DNA of 64,000 nucleotides from Flavobacteriales bacterium (GTDB lineage: Bacteria; Bacteroidota; Bacteroidia; Flavobacteriales_F; PHOS-HE28), in NCBI GenBank assembly GCA_046329115.1, contig JAXLVG010000002.1, positions 3,714 to 67,713 on the forward strand, given 5' to 3'. Numbering within the stretch: the stretch's first letter is position 1; each line of letters opens with the position of its first letter. The translations under genes were made by a program, and so were the position numbers. Of this stretch, positions 56,798 through 64,000 are shown one piece after another. The notes below the pieces were generated by a model. It worked only from the letters and a program-made list of their open reading frames with translations, was not told where the DNA came from and did no database searches.

Positions 56798-59212
56798 CTA
56801 GGGGATCTGTTCGGAGCGGATGTTGTTCGGCGTGGTGCTGCCCACGTTCACCAGGATCGCGTCCCGGTCGTTACCGCTGCCCACGTAGATCACGGTGCCG
56901 TCCATGTTGGTGTCTTCCGTGTAGTACCCTGCGACCGTACTGTTCGGCGTGGTGCTGCCGACACGTACCAGGATGGGATCACGGTCGTTCCCGGCTCCCG
57001 TGTACCCGAGCTGCTTGTTGAAGGTGACATCACCGGTCCACATGGCCATCACGGACCCGACCATGGAGCGCGCCTCCGTGCCGTAAGTGGATGTGGCCGC
57101 ACTGGTGAGGTCGATGGTCGTAGTGGTTGAAGATAGTGCCAGCGCAGCCCCTGTCATCACACCCAGGTGATTGCGGTGTCGAACGGCAACGAAGTAAGCA
57201 GCCGACGGCGTCGTCAGGGACACAGGGCTCGTACCGTCCAGGGCAACAACGTCACCATCCCGCTGCAGCAGCGCGGCACAGCTGGCCAATACCGTTGAAG
57301 GGGAGCTGCTGTTCCGCAACTCCACGATCACCCAGTCCACAATGGCGTTGTTACCCGTGACGGATAGAACACCGGAACCAAGCGTCCCGCCCGCACCGGG
57401 CAGACCGGTGAACACATATCCAAGGCCAGTGTACGGCTCGGTCGCGGGCAGGATCCCTGCCGAACGCAACGCGTCCGACATCAACCCGGTGGCGATATCG
57501 TAAGGTCCGCTCAGGAAGACCTTCGGGGAGACCTTCACATCCGGTGTCGTCAAGGGAGGGAAGGAGAATTTGAACATCCGCGTGCTCCATCCGCCCGTCG
57601 GATTGTATTGCGCCGTTCCATAGAAAGAAAGCCCATCCGCGGGGTCAACGTTCAGTGAGCCATAGTCTCCGTACCGATTGCTGGTGTTGCTGGCCGCCCC
57701 GGCCACAATGGAGGTCTCCGCCATCGTCATCTGCCCCAGTGGATCGGTGCGGTAGCGGCCAGTGTAACGGACGCTGGGATACACGTTGCCGCCCGTGGTC
57801 CCGCTGATGTTGTACATGAGGCCGATATCCCCGTTCTGGTTGATGGCGATCCCGCTCATCCATCGGTCGTTCGCATCCGGCGACCAGGTGCCTTGCTGGT
57901 AGATCGACCAGGGGTTCGCACTGCCGCCGGTCCTGTGGAGCTCATACCAGCGCACGCCACCCCGGTCGGAGCCCACATCGGTCACGTGGCTGCAAACGAT
58001 GGCCTCATAGCCGAAGGCGGAACTGAGGTTCCGGTAGCACACCCGGTTCATCAGCACTTCGCGCAGCGGGTCCAGCGTGGTGGTGGTGCCGGGTTGGTTC
58101 ATGCAAGCGAAAGCGGTGTAGCCACACAGCCCCGTATCAAACGCCTCCGTGTTCATCGTGGTGGGTCCGGAGATGGTGCTGCTCGCGGGGGTGGCCGCGT
58201 TGTAGTTGATGGTCCACATCTCCAGGCGGTCAACGTCCGTGGTGATGGTGGTCCAGGCATCATCGGCCATGCGCATGAACATGGCCGGCGCGCCGGCGGG
58301 CGGTGCATCACCACCGTCAAAGTGCACCGGCGTGCAGGCCTGGAAGCCGATGGTGGCGTAGGCGGGAACGGTGAACCGCACGGCGGTCCCTGCCGTGCCG
58401 GCGAGCATGTTCGCACGAGGCAGGGCGTAGATGGCGGGTGAGTTCTCGTTCGAGGTCACCACATAGCAGTTGTTCCAAACCCCGTACTTGGGATAGTCCG
58501 GGAAGTTGGTGGCGGTGTAGCTGTACGCATACCACGCCCCCGTGGGATCGGCCGTCTGCGACACGGCCACATACAGGTTGTTGTTGCCCGATGCGAACTC
58601 GGTCATCAGCCAGCGGTCGGCAAGGGCATCGTACAGCACCACGGGGTCGCCAAGGCCGCTGTAACTGATGATGGAACTGAGGAAATTGTCCATGTACGTC
58701 TGGGCGGCCCCCACCGTGGCGAGGCTCTTGTTGCAGATGCGGAAGTAGGCACCGGAGCCACCGTTGATCATCTGGATCACATGGTTCGGACCGACAGCAA
58801 GGCATGGATCGGGCGGATTCACGCCCGTGTTGCCGATGCCGTTCACACTGATGTCGACCGCACGCTCGAACCCATGCAACGGAGCAGCCGTCTGCAGCGC
58901 GGGATCCTCACCGAGGGGACGCGCCGTGGGGTCCACATGCGCATGGAGCCGCGCCTCCTTGGTCCCTGGCGGATTCCGCTTGACGACCAGACCGTTCGCA
59001 TCACGCACTACCGCGTTCTCGAAGACCTGCGTGCTGTCCCAGTGAACGAAGGGCTGCACCGTTCCAAGGAATTCCACCGGCACCGTCCGGTCGATGTTGA
59101 TGAGCAACTGACCACCTGCATCCGGGTTGCTGATGTTCTGCGCCAGAAGCCCTAGGCCGACCAGGGATGCGAACGCGGTGGCCAACGGACGAATGCGTAC
59201 TGAAAGGGTCAT
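56798..59212 (-). CDS. Secreted protein (unknown, possibly hydrolase-like N-terminal region) with the novel RHRNHL/twin dockerin-like C-terminal module (ends ...SEQIP)
   Basis: Signal peptide MTLSVRIRPLATAFASLVGLGLLAQ. The C-terminal roughly 245 aa (56801 to about 57535) reads VFLSGPYDIATGLMSDALRSAGILPATEPYTGLGY...IVDWVIVELR...VAVRHRNHLGVM...WTGDVTFNKQLGYTGAGNDRDPILVRVGSTTPNS...DTNMDGTVIYVGSGNDRDAILVNVGSTTPNN. Confidence 0.8.
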   Translation of the reverse strand: MTLSVRIRPLATAFASLVGLGLLAQNISNPDAGGQLLINIDRTVPVEFLGTVQPFVHWDSTQVFENAVVRDANGLVVKRNPPGTKEARLHAHVDPTARPLGEDPALQTAAPLHGFERAVDISVNGIGNTGVNPPDPCLAVGPNHVIQMINGGSGAYFRICNKSLATVGAAQTYMDNFLSSIISYSGLGDPVVLYDALADRWLMTEFASGNNNLYVAVSQTADPTGAWYAYSYTATNFPDYPKYGVWNNCYVVTSNENSPAIYALPRANMLAGTAGTAVRFTVPAYATIGFQACTPVHFDGGDAPPAGAPAMFMRMADDAWTTITTDVDRLEMWTINYNAATPASSTISGPTTMNTEAFDTGLCGYTAFACMNQPGTTTTLDPLREVLMNRVCYRNLSSAFGYEAIVCSHVTDVGSDRGGVRWYELHRTGGSANPWSIYQQGTWSPDANDRWMSGIAINQNGDIGLMYNISGTTGGNVYPSVRYTGRYRTDPLGQMTMAETSIVAGAASNTSNRYGDYGSLNVDPADGLSFYGTAQYNPTGGWSTRMFKFSFPPLTTPDVKVSPKVFLSGPYDIATGLMSDALRSAGILPATEPYTGLGYVFTGLPGAGGTLGSGVLSVTGNNAIVDWVIVELRNSSSPSTVLASCAALLQRDGDVVALDGTSPVSLTTPSAAYFVAVRHRNHLGVMTGAALALSSTTTTIDLTSAATSTYGTEARSMVGSVMAMWTGDVTFNKQLGYTGAGNDRDPILVRVGSTTPNSTVAGYYTEDTNMDGTVIYVGSGNDRDAILVNVGSTTPNNIRSEQIP

Positions 59213-59331
59213 GATCGCCTTTGTAAAAGGTCGACCAAAGTAGAGCAAGCCGATCCCGAGCGCCAGCACATTGGTCATGTTCGCCGACCATCCGGACGAA
59301 CGGGGGATCCCGACCGATGAACGCCGCCGGA

Positions 59332-59943
59332 TCAGTGACCGGATCCGCCGCGCACCCCTGCACGCACCGGCGTGATCAAGTGGTTCGCCTTCGGTGGGAT
59401 GGGGCAGCTGTATTTGTCGTTGTAGGCGCAATACGGGTTGTAGGCCCGGTTGAAGTCCAGGTCCACCTCCGGGCCCAAGGGTGCCACCAGGTCCAGGTAA
59501 CGCCCCACCCCATAGGTCTCATCGCCGTTGGTGAGATCGGTGAACGGCACGAACAAGTGATCCTCATGACCGGGATGCGGAGGAACGCTCTCGTACACCT
59601 CAAGGGTGCGCCCGGTCCCGTTCAACGTGAAGCGCAGGAGACCGTGCACCTTGTAAGTCGGCGTGCGCGTGCGGGTGGTGGCCATGGCGAAGGGCTCCGC
59701 GTCCGACACGCGCGTGAACGTGGCACGCACACAGTATGCACTGTCGAACGGGAACACATCGAGACCATTGAAGTGCCTGCGCGCTTCTTCCGTCAATGGA
59801 GAGGTGGCGCTGTCCGCGAACTCGGTGTTCATCCCTTGCCAGTAGGCATCAAAGGCGGCGCGGCCAGACCCACCACACTGCGCAGCCGTGTGTTCGATCG
59901 CTGACACCGTCATTGCGGCAAGAAGGATATGACGTGTGATCAT
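59332..59943 (-). CDS. DUF1684 domain protein
   Basis: Signal peptide MITRHILLAAMTVSAIEHTAAQ. YLDLVAPLGPEVDLDFNRAYNPYCAYNDKYSCPIPPKANHL. Its start overlaps the upstream A2M stop by 4 nt. Confidence 0.75.
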   Translation of the reverse strand: MITRHILLAAMTVSAIEHTAAQCGGSGRAAFDAYWQGMNTEFADSATSPLTEEARRHFNGLDVFPFDSAYCVRATFTRVSDAEPFAMATTRTRTPTYKVHGLLRFTLNGTGRTLEVYESVPPHPGHEDHLFVPFTDLTNGDETYGVGRYLDLVAPLGPEVDLDFNRAYNPYCAYNDKYSCPIPPKANHLITPVRAGVRGGSGH

Positions 59944-62900
59944 GGCTGCTGGACCTTTACCCGTACACCCTCGCTGTGCGAGCTGAACTCCGGTGCGTAC
60001 ATGCACATGGCCGTGGTGATGCCGTTGCTGAAGTCGCCGGCGTGGGTGACGCGCAGAGCATACTCGAACACGTACGTGCCCGGCGCGATGCGATCGAAGA
60101 AGAAGTCCATGCTGGCATCCCGGATGCTCTGGTAATAGCCCAGGCCGCCCTGGTACCGGTAGCCGCTCAGCGCTTCCGTGGCCTCAAGTCCGGCCGCGCG
60201 CAGGTCCTTCAGGTGCACGAAATCCAGGTAGCGGTCGGTGCGGAGCTCGATGCGGATGGTGACCTGATCGCCCACCTTCAATTGCCGCGGACCGTTCAAT
60301 GCCACCAGGCGCGTGCCCTCATCCGTGCGCTCGGCCAGCATCACCTGCTTGCGGAGGCTGAAGGGGCTTTCATGCGCGGTGACCTTGTCCATGCGCTCCA
60401 AGTACTGCCAGTGCAGCGCGCCCCACTGAACGCCATCCCTCGCTGTGGTCACGCGCACGTCGCCCATGGCGGGTTTCACCTCGGATCCGCTCCAGTGCTG
60501 CTCGAAGCGGCCCGTGCCGGGCTCCATGTTCTTGGGATCCACCTTGGTTCCACCCACGGTGATCACCGGTGCGTCCTTCGCATCCAACCAATTATCCCCC
60601 GTAAGCAGCAGCGCGTAGCAGGCATCGGCCGTGGCCTTGGTGGTCTTCCAGTCGGTGGTCTGCTTCAGCTTCAACAGGTACTGGCGCAGGGCGTTCACCG
60701 CTTCAGGGTCCTTCGCCACCTCGTGGAAGGCCTCGATCATCAACGCGTGCGTCTCCGTGGGGAAGCTCCACCAGTCGTAGCCACCGTTGAAGTTCGGCCA
60801 GTACATGCCCAGCTCCTCGCTCACGGTGGCGCGCTCCTTCACGCTCCTCATCACCTGCGCGGCCTGCGGCATGCTGAACCGCTGGAAGATCAAGGCAAGC
60901 ATCGCCTGTTCCTGTAAACCGTGATCAAGCCACGTGGCGGCAAGGCGGTCGCGGTAGTAGTTGGCAGCGGTTGCCGTGGCGCCGTCGATGGGCCAGCGGG
61001 TGAAGAAGCTGCGCGCGTACAACCAGTGGATCACATCGGAACCGGGGCGGTAGGTCTTCTCCTCGCCGGCCTTCAGATGCTTGCGCAGGTCGCGGTAGCG
61101 GCGCTCCAGGTCCTGGTCCATCCAGCGCACGGCACGCTTCAGCATCGCGTTCGCCTCAGCATTCTCTCGAACATCCGCGGCGTTCAGCTTCTCCAGATGA
61201 CCCAGCCCGGCCACGATGTGCTCGGTGATCCACACGCTCTCGCGCATGCCGGTCCACCACGGCCACGCGCCGTTAGGGAGCTGCATGTCCTTCAACTTCT
61301 TCAAGGCCGTGGCCTCCTCGGTGGCCATGCGCTGAAGGTCGAAGAGCAGCGCGATGCGCTCCTTGCGTGCCCGTTCGTTCTGCACATCAAGCACCCACGG
61401 CGTTTCGGCGAGCACCATGCCCTTCAGCTCCGCGTTCCGCTCCAGGGCACTGGCAAAGGCATCGGGACCGCCGCCCTTCGCCGTGCTCTTCCATTGCTCG
61501 AACATTTGCTTGATCGCGGGGCGCTCCGCCACGATGTGCGCGGCGAGGCGGTTGGCGTAGTAGCGGCTGAAGGTCTGCTCGGCGCACTCGTAAGGGAACT
61601 CCATCAGGTAGGGCAGTGCCTGCACGGCGTACCAAGCCGGGTTCGGGGTGAACTCGAGCGTGAGGGACTTGTGCTGCAGGGTGCCGCTGGCGCTGGAGCG
61701 CTTCAGCTTCTCGAGGGCGAAGGACTTGGTGCCGGCCTTGCTCACGGCCAGCGGCAGGCTTTCCGTGACCAGCAACTTGTCGGTGAGCACGGGCAGCACG
61801 CGCTCCTCGCCATCGGCCGCAGTGCTGCCACCCACCGGACCGCCGCCGCCCTGTGCCACCATGCGCACGGCCACCGCGTCCACATTCTCGGGCACCACCA
61901 CGCTCCACTCGACCACACCGCTCTCGCCGGGCGCGGCCACGAAGACCTGCTGCGGCACCTTGAGCCCGAAGGCCTTGTCGAGCGGGGCGTTGGTGAAGGG
62001 GTCGAAGAGCGCGAGCGTGGCGCGGCCCTCGATGCGCTGCTCCAGGGCGTTGACCTTGGCCGTGAGCGTGATGCGGTCGCCGGCGCGCACGAAGCGCGGC
62101 AGGTTGGGCACCACCATCAGGGGCTTCTGCGCCACGGCGGTGCGCGTGAACTCCGCAGTGCGCATGTCGGTGGTGTGCGCCAGGCCCAGCAGCTTCCACC
62201 GCGTGAGCGCATCGGGCAGGGTGAAGCGGAGCACCACGCTGCCGTCGCGGTCGGTGAGCAGGTCGGGGAAGAAGAAAGCCGTCTCGTTGAAGTTGGTGCG
62301 GACGGGCTGCGCGACGGGCTCCGGTACGATGCTGGTGGTGGCACCGTTGGTGTTCGTTACGCTGAACGCGTAGGTTCCCTGCGTGTCCGCCTTGGCCAAT
62401 GCGCCGCTCACATTGCCCAGTTCCACACGATCCTCTGCGACCTCCTCGGCCGCGGCGAACTGCACAGTGCGGATCCCCCTCCCGGCAAGGTCCGCATCAC
62501 CGTTCCACCCATAGCTACGCAGCTGGCGCTCATCCCCCGCGCCCCACAGGTACTTCACGGTGGGATAGGCACGCGAGTAACCCCAGGGCAGATCATTGCC
62601 CCACCACAGCCGGTCGCCGCTGCGCTCACCGAAACCATCAGCACCTTGCCACGCACGCTCCGCGTAGTTGCTTCCCCAAAGCGACATGTTCCACTGGTGG
62701 GGCACGAAGGCATCCAGCGAAGCATCGTACATCGCGGTGAGCAGCTGCGCCGCCACCTGCTCGCCCTTGGGTCCGCTGATGCGCAGCCGCCATTCCTCCT
62801 GCGCGCCGGGCAACAACTTGTCGCGGAAGCTCATCCACTCCACGCGCAGCTCCTTGTTGGTCCACGGCACTTCGATCGTGATCTGCTCCTGGTGGACGCG

Positions 62901-64000
62901 GTCCCGCTCCACGCATAGGAGGTGCACGGTGAAGCCGCCACGATCATCCTCCATCACCGGAACCTCCACGCGCTGCTGGCCGGCCTTCAGCGTGAACCAG
63001 CGGCGCACGGCGATGTTCGCACCGCGTTCGACCTCCATCAGCACATGCGCTTCGGGCAGGGCGGTGCTCAGCAGGAACACAGCCTTCTCACCGGGCTCGG
63101 CACGCAGCTTCACACCCTCGGCGTGGAAGCCCTCGGTCACGAAGCCGGTGTTCTGGATCTCGGGGTCCAGCACGGTGAAGGTCTTGCGCACGGTGAGGGG
63201 CACGCCCTCCGCATCCTTGGTGCTCACCTCGATGCGGTAGCGACCCACGGGCCAGGACCGCACGTCCCCGAGCTTCAGCGCCTGGCCACCAGCCTTCCAC
63301 ATGGTGCGCTCCAACGCCGTGTTGGCCGCAGGCCAGGTGAGGTCGTCGTCCTCCTGAGCGTACACTTCACCGGGGAACTGCTGTGCATGCTCTTCCGCAG
63401 TGAGCACGAAGCGGTCCGGCCGCTCCCACAGGCGCGGGCGCAGGGGCAGCCTGGGCGTCTCGAGCCGCACGATGCGCACGTCCATGGGCAGGTCCACCGG
63501 CTGGCCGTTGAGGTTGCGCAGCAGCACGCCGATGCTGTCGGTGGTGCTGCGGTCGATGGCCGCGCCCAACGCGATGTCGATATCGATGCCGCGGTAACCC
63601 ACGCTGAGCGCGGTGCTGCCCGGCTGCGACTCGCCGTTGATGTCCGTGACGGTCGCCGACACGTTGAAGTCGAAGGTGGGATCCGCAGCGCGGGGCAGGC
63701 TGTTGTCGGCCTTGGCCTTGAAGGCGATGGTGAACTTGCCCTGGGCATCGGTGGTGGCTGTGCCGCTGGCCACCTCGGTGCTGGTGCCCCAGCCCGGGAA
63801 GCCGCGCCAGCCCCAGCCGCACCACCACGGCATGCGCGCGCTGCGCATCACCGTCCACTGCACCTGCGCGCCGTCGAGCGGTGCACCCGCATAGCTCTTC
63901 GCCACGCCGCTCACCGTGGCCTCGCCGCCGAGCTTGGGCGTTGCGGTCACCGGATCGAAGACCACCTCGAAGGTGGGCCGCTTGTACTCCTCCACGCTCA
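59940..64000 (-). CDS. Alpha-2-macroglobulin family protein (C-terminal about 1350 aa; N-terminus lies beyond the window end)
   Basis: Thioester motif EFPYECAEQTFSRYY, MG-domain repeats and a C-terminal receptor-binding-like domain. The ORF is open to the window edge. Confidence 0.8.
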   Translation of the reverse strand, partial: SVEEYKRPTFEVVFDPVTATPKLGGEATVSGVAKSYAGAPLDGAQVQWTVMRSARMPWWCGWGWRGFPGWGTSTEVASGTATTDAQGKFTIAFKAKADNSLPRAADPTFDFNVSATVTDINGESQPGSTALSVGYRGIDIDIALGAAIDRSTTDSIGVLLRNLNGQPVDLPMDVRIVRLETPRLPLRPRLWERPDRFVLTAEEHAQQFPGEVYAQEDDDLTWPAANTALERTMWKAGGQALKLGDVRSWPVGRYRIEVSTKDAEGVPLTVRKTFTVLDPEIQNTGFVTEGFHAEGVKLRAEPGEKAVFLLSTALPEAHVLMEVERGANIAVRRWFTLKAGQQRVEVPVMEDDRGGFTVHLLCVERDRVHQEQITIEVPWTNKELRVEWMSFRDKLLPGAQEEWRLRISGPKGEQVAAQLLTAMYDASLDAFVPHQWNMSLWGSNYAERAWQGADGFGERSGDRLWWGNDLPWGYSRAYPTVKYLWGAGDERQLRSYGWNGDADLAGRGIRTVQFAAAEEVAEDRVELGNVSGALAKADTQGTYAFSVTNTNGATTSIVPEPVAQPVRTNFNETAFFFPDLLTDRDGSVVLRFTLPDALTRWKLLGLAHTTDMRTAEFTRTAVAQKPLMVVPNLPRFVRAGDRITLTAKVNALEQRIEGRATLALFDPFTNAPLDKAFGLKVPQQVFVAAPGESGVVEWSVVVPENVDAVAVRMVAQGGGGPVGGSTAADGEERVLPVLTDKLLVTESLPLAVSKAGTKSFALEKLKRSSASGTLQHKSLTLEFTPNPAWYAVQALPYLMEFPYECAEQTFSRYYANRLAAHIVAERPAIKQMFEQWKSTAKGGGPDAFASALERNAELKGMVLAETPWVLDVQNERARKERIALLFDLQRMATEEATALKKLKDMQLPNGAWPWWTGMRESVWITEHIVAGLGHLEKLNAADVRENAEANAMLKRAVRWMDQDLERRYRDLRKHLKAGEEKTYRPGSDVIHWLYARSFFTRWPIDGATATAANYYRDRLAATWLDHGLQEQAMLALIFQRFSMPQAAQVMRSVKERATVSEELGMYWPNFNGGYDWWSFPTETHALMIEAFHEVAKDPEAVNALRQYLLKLKQTTDWKTTKATADACYALLLTGDNWLDAKDAPVITVGGTKVDPKNMEPGTGRFEQHWSGSEVKPAMGDVRVTTARDGVQWGALHWQYLERMDKVTAHESPFSLRKQVMLAERTDEGTRLVALNGPRQLKVGDQVTIRIELRTDRYLDFVHLKDLRAAGLEATEALSGYRYQGGLGYYQSIRDASMDFFFDRIAPGTYVFEYALRVTHAGDFSNGITTAMCMYAPEFSSHSEGVRVKVQQP

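Overview
This 64 kb window is high-GC (about 68-70%) and looks like Bacteroidota or Rhodothermota. It encodes many Sec-signal proteins with type-A T9SS C-terminal sorting domains, SprB/HYR/SBBP adhesin repeats, delta-60 beta-propeller repeats and an ELWxxDGT repeat protein. It has no phage, IS, CRISPR or tRNA content that I can see.

Housekeeping and ordinary genes are asnS, a GH92 alpha-mannosidase, a TetR-TolC-MFP-RND efflux operon, a TonB-dependent receptor, two DsbA-family proteins, an HxlR regulator, a ClpP-fold protein, an alpha-2-macroglobulin (5' partial at the window end) and a DUF1684 protein.

The accessory content sits mainly in the first 24 kb, with further copies of the novel domain at 36.7-38.9 kb and 56.8-59.2 kb:
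(i) Five secreted proteins with unrelated N-terminal cargo (two large delta-60 propellers, a cadherin-like protein, an unknown hydrolase-like protein and a 5' truncated fragment) share a roughly 245 aa C-terminal module. It has an invariant RHRNHLGVM motif and two dockerin-like DVNxDG...NDRDPIL...TTPN repeats, and it ends in Q-[LVI]-P. It is distinct from the T9SS CTD used by other genes in the same window, and I cannot assign it to a known family.
(ii) These genes sit in a tandemly duplicated cassette: a periplasmic-TPR HisKA_3 histidine kinase (minus), then the novel-CTD protein (plus), then a periplasmic-TPR class III adenylate cyclase (minus). The cassette is present about three times. The cyclase catalytic domains are near-identical at the DNA level, and one copy survives only as a decayed remnant.
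(iii) A 7-2-7 inverted repeat (TAACCCG-NN-CGGGTTA, with the half-site GGCAATAACCCG) recurs upstream of at least five genes of this neighbourhood, consistent with a NarL/LuxR-type regulon.
(iv) A four-gene, translationally coupled operon links a small T9SS protein, two peptidase-S74 tail-fibre-like proteins (one with a collagen Gly-X-Y tract) and an adenylate cyclase.
(v) A delta-60/T9SS gene is disrupted by an 86+80 bp tandem duplication.
(vi) A CTCCGTG-rich repeat block fills one divergent promoter region.

Coordinates are hand-derived and may be off by 1-3 nt.
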